64,000 bases of DNA. It comes from Camelus ferus. Lineage: Eukaryota. Below, in pieces: positions 12,999-24,484 of the stretch. Under the pieces are notes generated by a model that made no database searches, was not told where the DNA came from, and saw nothing but the letters and a program-made list of their open reading frames with translations. Each line of letters begins with the position of its first letter. Positions within the stretch are counted from its first letter, which is position 1. The DNA is taken from positions 96,970,001-97,034,000 of the forward strand of contig NC_045697.1 in the NCBI RefSeq assembly GCF_009834535.1. Reading direction: 5' to 3'. The translations under genes were made by a program, and so were the position numbers.

Positions 12999-13949
12999 AA
13001 AAAGAGGAAATTAAATATACTCAGAATCCTAGCTTTTAAAAAAAGGTTTCTTAAAATTTCATAATCGAGACAAATGGAATTCATTTTATGAAATACTGAA
13101 TTACACTGTTTATTTTTATTGTAATTTATTTTATAATTTTAATAGATAATTCATGGACAATGGTGTGACTACATTATTTCAGAGATAAAAAAATGCATAA
13201 CAGACAGAATTATCTATTATTTCTTATGCCATATATACTAATTTTTTAATGTTTGAGTCTAATTTTTAGTTATTTTAGACATTAAGTTATCTGATTATCA
13301 CTTGTGATTTTAAATAAGAAGTTGCTTGTTGATAAAATATTTTTATTAATTATTTGCATAAATTAGATTGGCTTTTCAGAAATGATGTTAAATGTTAGTC
13401 AGTATGATGAATTCAATCACAAAAACAGTTAAAAATTAATAATAGTGCATTATATGGGTTATTAGGATAAATAGTTGATTACTCAAACAGTAGAACTGCT
13501 GAGTACTAATGAATTGAAATTTACTAATTTTTCTTTTTCAGATATATTTCATTCATATCAGTTGTCATGAGATTCCCTTTTCACTCTGTTCTGGGGAACT
13601 AAGTATAAGAATATAGGGTAATACTCATTTTCCTGTATCTATTGCCATGTAAGGAAGTGTTTCCAATATAAATGGGAGTAATATTAGTGTTAATTCAATA
13701 CCCCAAATTTGTTTATTTTTCTATGCTTAGCTATTTGATTCAACTTTTTCAAGAAACTCTCTAATCTAGGAAAGGAGTGAATGGAGAGGTGAGAATTAAA
13801 TATGAAGGCATAAGGTCACCTCTAATTCATGCTTTATTTACACAGTGTTGTTTTATATAATGTACTATATTTTAATCATAATTTAATTAGTACTTTTCAC
13901 TTTAGATCTTAATGCATTCAATATAAATGCACTTAAAAATGAACAATCC

Positions 13950-14090
13950 ACTTGACAGCTCAGAGTCTGAAGTCCTTATTATAAAAGATGGTCATAATAA
14001 TGCCCACTTCAAGAGGAATTGTGAGGCTAGAGATACTGAATGGAAACATCTTACAGCATACAATAATCATGCCTTGTAAATATAAGGCAA
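13950..14090 (+). mobile_element. MIR fragment
   Basis: ATAAAAGATGGTCATAATAATGCCCACTTCAAGAGGAATTGTGAGG resembles the 3' part of the MIR core. Confidence 0.45.
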
Positions 14091-14687
14091 GACAAGAGTA
14101 TTATTTATCTTCATTGCTTTCCCCCTGTTGGAGTCTCTATTCAAGACACTAATTTGAGTATCTTAATAACTTTATTTTATTCCTTCATGTACAGAAGTCT
14201 ATATACATCCCAACCTATATTACTATTAAACAGAAATAATTTCATTCTCAAATAACTCAGTGAAATTTCTCTCCTCACATCAGCTTTGGTATGATTGGAA
14301 ATGTTTATGATACATATGGCACATATTATCTCTTAAGAGTTCAAAATTAATGTGCCTGGGTAAGCATGAAGCTTTCTTATTAGCAGATAAACAGACAAAG
14401 GGGAGAAACATAATTGACAGAATCTGTAGTAAGATCAGAGAAACTGATTTTAAAATATAGTTCTTATATTATCATACTTCATGATATAGTTGTTTGTAAT
14501 TTAGAGTTAGTTTCTTATCTATACAGTAAATATTAGGGTATCTATCTTACAGTTTTTGAAGGAACATAACATGAAAATGTACACACAAATCTATGTTAAA
14601 ATGATGTACAAAATCAGACAAGATTTTTTTGCTTTGTTCTATTCTATTTTGTTTTAAACGGGAGAGTATCTTTAAGAGTAAAGTTTC

Positions 14688-15542
14688 TTTTTTAACCATT
14701 TTATGACATATGATTGACATATAATAAGCTGTGCATACTTAATGTATACACAATTAATGACTTCGGAGATAAGTGTAGACCCATGAAACCATCACCACAA
14801 CCTATGCCATAAACAAATCTATTATCTTCAAAAGTTTCCTCCTGCCTTCTTTATTATTATTTTTTTGATAAGAACACAAGATTTACCTAATTAACAATAT
14901 TTTAAGTATACAATAAATATGTCAACTACAGGCACTGTGTTGTACAGTAGATTTCTAGGATTTATTTTTCTTGTGTAACTGAAACTTTGTACTGTTTCCC
15001 TAATACCTCTTCATTTCCCTCTCCCTCTAGTCATTGGCAACCACCATTCTACTTTTCATTTCTATAAATTTGACTATTTTATATTTCTTGCATAAGTGGT
15101 ATCATGTAGTATTTATTCTTTTGTGTCTGGCTTATTTCACATAGCATAATATCCTCCAAACTCATCTATGTTGTCACAAATGGTAGGATCTTCTTTTGTT
15201 CTTAAGGCTGAATAACATTTAATTGTAAGGATATACCACAATTTTTTATCCATTTATTGGTCAATGAAGATTTATATTGCATCCGTGTCTTGGCTAATGT
15301 GAATAGTGCTGCAGTAAACATGGGAGTGCACATATCTCTTTTAAGATCCTAATTTCATTTCCTTTGGATTTATAAGTGGAACCACTGGATCAAATGATAG
15401 TACTATTTTTAATTTTTGAGTAATCTCCATACTGTTTTCCATAGTTTTTGCATCAACTCACATTACCCCCAACAGTGTACAATGATTATCTTTTCTCCAC
15501 ATCCTTGCCAACACCTTTTTTTTATGTCCTAATAGGTGTGAG
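14688..15542 (-). mobile_element. Old L1 3' end (L1MA/L1MB-like)
   Basis: Reverse-oriented L1 motifs TGTGTCTGGCTTATTTCACATAGCATAAT, AAGGCTGAATAAC, GTGAATAGTGCTGCAGTAAACATGGGAGTGCA. Confidence 0.9.
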
Positions 15543-15544
15543 AT

Positions 15545-16765
15545 TTTGAGTACATATGGTTTTATTTGATAGATGATCCCAGGAGACAACAATAGGGAAG
15601 TAGGGAGTGAGAAGGGATGGAAGGCAGCCAATTAAAGGCGTATTTTCAAATAAGTTACTACATAGGAAATCTGAACTTATTCCCACTGGGGAAGTCTGGA
15701 AGTCAGTGTAGTATACATGCCTTATTTTGTTTTAACATTTTTTTATTGAATTATAGTTATTTTATAATGTTGTGTCAAATTCCAGTGTACAGCACAATTT
15801 TTCAGTTATACATGAACATACATATATTCATTAACATATTTTTTTCATTATGAGCTGCCACAAGATCTTGTATATATTTCCCTGTGATATACAGTATAAT
15901 CTTGTTTATCTACTCTACATTTTGAAATCCCAGTCTGTCCCTTCCCAACCCCCACCCCCTTGGCAACCACAAGTTTGTATTCTATGTCTATGAGTCTGTT
16001 TTGTATTTATGTTGTTTTTTTTTTTTTCAGATTCCACATATGAGTGATCTCATATGGTATTTTTCTTTCTCTTTCTGGCTTACTTCACTTAGAATGACAT
16101 TCTCCAGGAATATCCATGTTGCTGCAAATGGCATTATCTTGTCGGTTTTTATGGCTGAATAGTATTCCATTGCCAAAAATGGGCAAAAGATCTAAACAAC
16201 AATTATCCAAGGAAGAAATACAAATGATCAATAGGCACATGAGAAAATTATCAATATCACTAATTATCAGAGAAATGCAAATCAAAACTACAATGAGGTA
16301 TTACCTCATACCAGTTAGAATGGCCATCATTCAAAAGCCCACAAATGACAAATGCTGGAGAGGCTGTGGAGAAAAGGGAACACTCCTATACTGCTGGTGG
16401 GAATGCAGTTTGGTGCAGCCACTATGGAAAACAGTATGGAGATTCCTCAAAAGACTAGGAATAGACTTAACATATGACCCAGTAATCCCACTCCTGGGCA
16501 TATATCCAGAAGGAACCCTATTTCAAAAAGACACTTATACATGCCTTATTGTAATACCACTTAGAGGCAAAAGATCTGGGGTATTTTTGTGCTGTCCATT
16601 CTTGACTGATGACCCTTTCAGAAGGGACCTTACATTGCTGACACTTCCGCTCTGCTGTGCACATGGCCAGAGCAGATGTGGTGTGGGGGTACAGAGAGCC
16701 TTCAGGCATAGAGATGCAGATTCTGGCATTTAGAGGTCTGGGTTACATTGATTGTATCTGCTGTT
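15545..16765 (-). mobile_element. ERVL LTR (LTR16-like), split by the L1 at 15727-16535
   Basis: GATCCCAGGAG...TAGGGAAGTAGGGAGTGAGAAGGGATGGAAGGCAGCCAATTAAAGG...CCCACTGGGG resembles reverse LTR16; LTR-like sequence resumes after the L1 TSD (CTGGGGTATTT). Confidence 0.6.
15727..16535 (-). mobile_element. 5'-inverted L1 insertion (3' part on minus 15727-16170; inverted ORF2 part on plus ~16171-16534)
   Basis: Perfect 15-bp TSD TATACATGCCTTATT at 15712-15726 and 16536-16550; T-rich tail on the left; strand switch at ~16170; ORF 16116-16733 carries the L1 ORF2 C-terminal peptide. Confidence 0.92.
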
Positions 16766-16769
16766 GACC

Positions 16770-17245
16770 CATCACAGCTCAGATCTACTCTTGCACCACA
16801 TTATAACCATACAAACTACGAAAGCTTCTTTAAGATAGTAAGCAGTCACACTATCTGAAAAAAAACAACTTACAACAAGAGAGCTGATGTGTCAAGCTAC
16901 ACCTCTGATGCAGTAGCTAGTGCTTAGGAAATAATTAGTATTCATCATTTTTTTCCTCTGTCATATATTTTGATGCTCTTCTTTCTTGATAGGAATATTT
17001 GCTGATTTGTATTGCTTGCCATGTGAACTAACTCAAATCTACGTCCCCAAAGGGATCTGAACCTTGGCTATCATGCCTTTTATAGGCACAGTTGGTGCAA
17101 TTATTCAATCGTGATTATGACCATGGAAACAATAAATGGGTTCAGAGTACATTTCAAATCCTAGTCATATTTGTCTTCCCTCGTCATGTAGTAAGAACTA
17201 TATCTCATGATAATTAGGATTAATTAGTCCCAACATTATAATGTC
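16770..17245 (-). mobile_element. Degenerate ERVL internal sequence adjoining the LTR16-like LTR
   Basis: Similarity to remembered ERVL-type internal 3' region (TCTCATGATAATTAGGATTAATTA segment); adjacent to a same-class LTR. Confidence 0.45.
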
Positions 17246-19439
17246 CCTTTTTTTTTTGTATTTTGTAAGTTATTTGAAAGTATCTTCATTTTAGAGTTTC
17301 CCCATACTTTTTCTAAGTGTTTACCAAAGGTAGGTGTTCCATAAGATTTAACGAATAATCAAGGATTCATTTGAAATCAACAGCAGGTGGCATCTTCATA
17401 ACCAGTATCAAATGAACAAACAGAATAACTACAACATATAGAGGTGGTGATAAAGCAAATTTAGGGAATATATAGATGAACAGAAATAGGAATAGAGTAT
17501 TACCTAGTAAAAATTCATAAGAACTCTAATGAACTGAAGGAAGTTTATAGGCTAAGATCTTATTATAAGAAGTCACTTACAAATCCAAACAAAAGAATAT
17601 GAGTCATCTTAGATATTATTAATGTACTGTTGCTCATAGGAAAAAAATATCTTTTAATAATGACAAGATACTCAAGAAAGAAATGAAAAGCATTTGAAAA
17701 TGTCATTCAAATTCATGTATACCATAATGTTATTATCAACATAATGCTACCCAAGTTAACAACTGACCTGAAAAAGTTAGGCATAATTTCAACAGTTAAT
17801 TCAACAAATAGTTTTCCCTATGTTAAGTGAGAAATGGCTGGAAATGTATTTGCTTTGTATAAATCTAGAATAAATATGATTTTTACTGATATAAGTAGGA
17901 CCTAAATATTTTAATAATACCTGTTTTTTCTTTCAAAAAAGAATTTATACATTCAATAAATCTACTCTGACAATGTCCCTAAGTGCAAGAAATTTCTGAT
18001 ACAAAGGATAATACAAGAGGAAATTGTGCTGTTACCTAAAAAAGGAACTGATTATGTGATCCTCAAATGAATAAGACATGAGTCTTTATCATAAATACAC
18101 AGAATAAAGACCCTGTCTACAGTGATTGTAAAAAATTACAAAACACCATAGTACATATACTAGTTTATCTTTCATGAGAAATCCAGAAGATAGGTAATTG
18201 CTTTGTTGGGAATCTCCTTACAAGATTTATAGGAGGACAATTTTAATTATTTAGCTTCATGCTGTTATGCTATTTGATGACACATCATTATCAAATAGAC
18301 ACTTTGTTTTCAGCAGAAATCATCCATCATTGTCATATCCAAGCTCTGATCAATACATTTATACTTTATTACTTAGATGTTAATTTATATTATTTCCCAA
18401 TTTTCCCTGACTAACCACTTAAAATGCTGGTCAAAACCAAGAAGGATTTTTTTTTTTAAACTATTTTAACAGCACCTATAATTTAGAACAAATGAGTTGC
18501 AGCAGTAATTCTTGCCTCTAGAAACTAGGCTCCTAAATGACCCCATATGACATCAAACAAATTGCATAAAGATATGAGCTCGAAATAAGTTGCTCTTAAC
18601 CTTGAATGTGTGAACAATTTTGCATATCCATAATTGTCAATATGGCACCCTTCAGGATACACTGGTTTCTCTGGGCAGAGAGCCAATCAGCCTTATGTTC
18701 AGTTATATGTGAGCCAGCTGGACTTCTGACAGGTGCATTGTGGTGGTTAACTGCCCTCATCTACACTCTTTAACTCTCCAGTGACTTTTTTGTTCTGAGA
18801 TTCCTCCTAGGGGAACAGGTCACGACAGCAATGAGCAAAGTATAACATGTGTACCTGATAGTGATGAAGGCATCAGTAGTGTCCAAAGGTAATATTCTAA
18901 AAAAAACCAAAAACCAAAAAAAACCAAACCAAAACAAAACATAGAATGACAACCCTGTAGGCCTCTTGTACATGCTCATTTATTGGAAAAAGCCATTCCC
19001 TGATTACCCCTTTAAATAGATGTAATAGGTAGTTAACGTAAAATATGCTAGGACCTTGAGAATAGTAACTAATATGGAGTTCATGCTAGATCAAGACTAT
19101 CATGTCATATGCATCCATTCCTAAAAGTTTCCTTAAAATTTTAGATAATCTGAACCTAAGTAAACTGGTATGCTAGCTATATCTCTTCAAGGGCTGTCAC
19201 TCATCCCAAGAATGCTTATTGAAAGAGAGATGCCCAAATGATTAGATAAGCCCCTTTCAAAATCAAGTATTGTTGTCAAAAGTTTTAAACCTATTGAACA
19301 TCTAAAGGCAACAGGCTTATTTAAAGTTGTTCCAGGCAAAGTGATCTAATGTGTGTTTTGTGCAACAGGAGGACTCATTTTCAACTCTAGATATCATGAA
19401 AATGAATATTTCCATTAAGGAAAATATTAAAATATTAGC

Positions 19440-21740
19440 AATATATTCTCTTGATGATGTTGTAGGGGAACACACACTCCTATATTGCTGGTAGAAATAC
19501 AGAGCTGCACTGATCTATAAATAGGAATTTGGTAATATCTTAAAAATGACTATTGATTTGTCTCTTTATATAGAAATCACTTCTTTATGAACCTCTTTCA
19601 GAGGTATCCTAGAAATACTAAAATGTCATATGCATAAAGCAATTTATTTTTCTCCTATTTGCCAAAACAAAAAAAAATTGGAAGTAATCAAAATGTCCAT
19701 TTGTAGGGGACCTGTTGAATAAATTATGGTACATCCATGGAATGGAGTATTATATATCTCTAAAAAGAATGAGAAAAATCTTTATTCATGATTATAGATC
19801 AAGCCCTAAAAAATCTTTTAAAGGTACAAAACAATGTGATTACTATACTACCTTTTATATATGAAAGGGGGCAAATATATGTATATAATGAGTTAGATAT
19901 ACATGCATCTATATATTTACACATAACAGAAGCTTACATTTTACAAATGTAAGTAAGAAAAACCTAATGAAAATTATTATGTGCAGACTGAAAGAAAAAA
20001 GACATAAGGGGGGAAGAAGTTGAAGGCCTATTTACCTGAATATATCTTGTTTTACAGATTAGAATTTAGAGCCTTCTATTTATTTTGCATAATTATAAAA
20101 GTAAAATTAAATATAAATTAATTAAATTATCCCTTAAAGTAGAAACAAAATAAAACTTAACCAAATTGTATACCAATGTAATGGCTTCATCTGGCAATAA
20201 CTGTTTTTAATAATCATAAACCGGTAGTCTGACTGTACATCATTACTAGAAAGAACTGAAAAGAAATCTCAAACAGTATTTAGTGACACTTCTGATATTA
20301 CTATTTTGAATATTTACATGCAAATAGATATGCATATTTAGATACATAAATGATAAATAGAAAATAAATATATTAATATTTTAGGAAATATTTTGAGAAC
20401 AAAAATATAATGTTTTTCAAAAGAATTTTAGTAAAAACTTTGTATTCTTACATTTTTGTTGCAACTAGAATATATCTTAGGGTGTTTATATTCTCTCCTA
20501 AAATAAAATACAGACTTATTTTCTGGCTGTTAAACTGAAAAGGCCTAGAAGCAATGGCCAAACTGGCTAAATCATATATAAAGAACCAAGATTATGGTAT
20601 CTAAATAGCAGTACATAGTAATATAAGCCAAAACTTCCTGGAGAACTGGTAGATTCTGCTCTGTGATAAGGACTGTAAAATGTAAGCCTGGAACTATTTT
20701 TCATACCAAAAAAGTAGCACAAACAAACTATCAAAGACTATTTGAATCCTGTTGGAATATCATAGGAATCAAATTAAAATTAAAAATGTTTCTACCAGCT
20801 GAAGACATTTGATTTAAACATCAAGAACTATAATAATTGTAATGAACATTTCAAAGATGTTAAAAATCCATGAGTTCAGAATAATTTTTAAAATGTCATT
20901 GACCACCTCTCAAGGTTGCTAGAATAATAATTCATTATTCTGGAAACTAATGATTAACAGGAAGGAATGCAGAATTTACCTTCCTTTGGTGTACCAATGC
21001 TTGTAAGGGTAACCAAATAGTCAATGAGTAATTTTTTTAATTGTAGAGTCACAGGCAATATTTCCAGCAAAAATTATAACATTGAAAAAACACAATTTTG
21101 CATCCCTTAATCAAGTAATGGTTCTCGCCAATGATCTTAAATGGCTTGCCAAAGCATTAAGTGAAAAGTTGATGGAGAATTTTATAGCAGAGAGATCAGA
21201 AAATGAGAGATGACCAGATATCCTGAGCCTCATAAGAAACTCCTGAAAAAAAAAATCAAAATTGATCTAATCCATATGATCTAATCAATTTATGTAAAAT
21301 CCAGGAAATAGAGAAATATGTTAAATTATATCACAGGTATGCAATTAGTTAAGCCTAAAACATGTAAAATTATGTAAGGTAAATAAAATAAGAAACAAAG
21401 GTTAAGACTTTACAAAAATGAAGAGATTTTATAGGTTAAAAGAGACCATGATATATAAAATAAATGAAATGAGTGGTCTTTTTTTTTGATACTGATATGA
21501 AAGAACCAATTATTTAAAAAAAACACATATGAGACAAATGGAGATGAAAACATTATGGGATAGTGGGCAATATTAAGGAAGTGTTTTCCTTTTTAGGTAT
21601 AATAATGGGATTTGGGCTATGTAATTTTATATTATGTAATTTTTCAAAATTAAGTATTTCCTAGAAAGACATGCTTTTTTAAGGGTAACATTTTATGATG
21701 TCTTTACTTAAAATAATCCAGTTTAGTGGGTAAGGGAAAG
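19440..21740 (+). mobile_element. Ancient L1 3' region (L1MC3/L1MC4-like long 3' UTR)
   Basis: AAATGTCCATTTGTAGGGGAC...AATAAATTATGGTACATCCATGGAATGGAGTATTAT; CTGAAAAGGCCTAGAAGCAATG; GCCTGGAAC...TCATACCA. Confidence 0.75.
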
Positions 21741-23314
21741 GTGAGTGAAACAGCCCACCTTTCTATTTCCACACCCACTGAATGTGGAGAAAAGAGTCAG
21801 AAAGACTCACATAAGTCAACAGACTCATGATCAAAGTGCTCACGTTGGAAAAGCTGATGCTATTCAGCATCAAAAGTAATGAGTTTATTTTTGATTATGT
21901 TATTTTTTCTAACATTCAACTAATTTATGACCATTGGAGAGGAGCAAAGTTTGCTTAGAAATTGATGAATTATTATTTATAAAAATAAATGGTTGATTAC
22001 TTACATAAATAATAAATAATTGATGGTTGATTATTTACATAAAGGCTGGGATTTAAGCAAGGACACAACTCAATATTAAGGACTTTCTCAGACTTAGTAA
22101 TATAATCAGGAAGAAAAACTAGAAGTCACACAGCATAGGATGAGGTGATATGGAAAATTCATGAATACAAATAAAATCGGATCATAAGAGGGAATGTTGC
22201 CTTAAGAGTAGTTGCAGGTCTTCATCTGATCTTTAATGAAGAAAACATGGACAGTGAAATCAACATTTTACTCTATAGATTTGCTATATTTTTATACATT
22301 TTACATTTTATTACATATGCTATACAATGCACTTATTTTCATTACCAAATATGATTTCTTATTGTGAACAAATTGTATTATCTTCTTAAAACTTTCTGAA
22401 AGAACAACCACAGTAGTGCTATATAAAGCTGCACCTGTGCAAATGTGCTCTCTGCTTTGTGGTGGGAGAGGCTGCAACATAAGGAGCTAGATGTCTTAAC
22501 CATTCTTACACACAGACAGCAGTGACACTACATGTCACAGTACAGTGCTAGCCAACAGATTTTTGATAATTTAATCATGAAGCACTCAAATTATTTCAAA
22601 AGTATACACTTAAAAAACTTCCTTAGAAAATGTTTAATAGTTGGGTTTATTTTTTGAAAAAAATCTAACACTGTTAGAGGTTAACAGCCTCACTTTTTAA
22701 AATTTAATTAAACCCCAAGTATTGTCACAACTTTTAAAAATGGTAGTGACTAAAATACCAGACTCACTTTCTTGCCTCTAGCCTCTGACATTCACAAACA
22801 CTAAGATTTACAAGAGGTAATTTCATAGTTAAAAAGGGATTTCCCAAGAGTTCAACTATTCTACAGAGAAAAGGGGAGGATTTTATTATCTTATTATTTG
22901 AGCTAAATTTTGCCTTTAGAAAACTAAAATAGGTAAATTAATAAACGAGTCTGGATTCAAATGGACTAGCTGTATGATACACTGGGTACAGATACTACTT
23001 TTCTTCCTGATAATCTGTGGACACACTTGAAAAATACTGAAAAGATGGCAAACCAGAAAAAATACTTTAAATAAATCAATTTAAGAATTCTTAAAAATGT
23101 ATAGTCATTGTTATTAATATCAGTAACTTAAAATAATAATAAACTACCTAGACAAAACTTTGTGAAAATCTTCAAAATCTGTCAAAACTGTTCAGCATCA
23201 ATAGGTGTTGTAAACAATTTTAAAAACAGATTATAGAGATAAATTTTTGGTCAATGTGTAAATCCAGAAAATTGGGGAATGGACCATTTAGAGAACTTAT
23301 AATTTATTATATTG

Positions 23315-23610
23315 ATTTTTTAAGACTTTTTTTTAGAATAGTTTAAGGCTCACAGCAAAATTGAAAGGTACATACAGAGATTTCCTATATACTCCTTTCT
23401 CCCACATGCGCACAGCCTCGTCTGTTATCTACATCCCCACCACAATGCTACATTTGCTACAACTGATGAACCTACATTGAGACATCACAATCACCCAAAG
23501 TCCATAGTTAACACTGGCCTTAACTTTTGGTTTTGTACAATGTATGAGTTTGGACAAATGCACAGCAACATGTATCCGCCATTATAGTAGTAGTTTCACC
23601 ACCCTAAGCA
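23315..23610 (-). mobile_element. L1MC1/L1MC2-like 3' end
   Basis: TTTAGAATAGTTTAAGGCTCACAGCAAAATTGA...ACAACTGATGAACCTACATTGAGACATCACAATCACCCAAAGTCCATAGTT. Confidence 0.8.
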
Positions 23611-24067
23611 TTTATACTGATTTTTACTTAATTTGCTGAATTTTATTTTCATTCACTTGACGTAGTGCCCAGATGCATTCTCTAATAAGAACCACTGGAA
23701 CAGGATCTCCTATGATTTCCTCACAGCACTATAGATTGTACACTGTACAGGTGCTTAAGATATAGTTAATACCTTAGTAAGGAAATGAATAATATGATAA
23801 ATAAAAAGTCTTTAGTTGACTCACTTTTTAATGATGAAAAGTAAATGTAATTATCACACGAAAGGAGACAAGAAAGCTTCAGATCTAATCCCAGGTATAA
23901 GGGCAAGAAGCAACTATAGCAGCCTTAAGAAATACTGGCAGAAACATTTTAAATCATTTTTGTCCCTTTAGAGTTATTCTTCTGGATTGCTTAAGTATCA
24001 CTTTAATTGTAAAATTCATCTTTGATATCAGAGTTCCAAGGAAAATGGAGGGAAAACTATCTCACAT

Positions 24068-24440
24068 GTGACAGCTGTTCAACATTTGAAGATATCAATT
24101 ATACTGCCCCTCAGGCTTTCACAAGCTAAACGTTCCAAGTTCCCTCAAGTGTTTCATATTGCACATTTTCACTTGATTCCATATTCTCACGTCACGTTAT
24201 TCTCTATCTTTCTAAAAATATGTCTCTCAGAGCTGAGCATATCATTTCAAATGTGATCTGATCAGCATATTTGGAACATTACTTCTTTATTTAACTGTTT
24301 CCTTTAATGTATCTTGTTGGTTTTGTGACACTCCCTCCCCAACTCCTTAATAGCCATAGTGAGTTACGCTGAATTTGTGACCAGCTAAGTTCTCCAAATT
24401 TTTTCACAGGATTTGTTCTCAAAGATGCACTAGTCTGCAT
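24068..24440 (-). mobile_element. L3/CR1 LINE fragment
   Basis: GACAGC...ATTTGAAGATATC...CCCCTCAGGCTTT...AGCTAAAC...AGTTCCCTCAA typical of reverse L3. Confidence 0.6.
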
Positions 24441-24484
24441 TTATGCAAACATTTTAATAAAACATTTTTTCACTTATTGCTAAA

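Noticed and set aside
13520..13625. Plus-strand coding exon after a strong acceptor (ttttttctttttcag)
   Set aside because: All three frames contain stops before the next plausible donor.
16116..16733. 205-aa ORF as a gene
   Set aside because: It is a chimera of an inverted L1 ORF2 C-terminus and flanking LTR sequence; nothing indicates a host gene.
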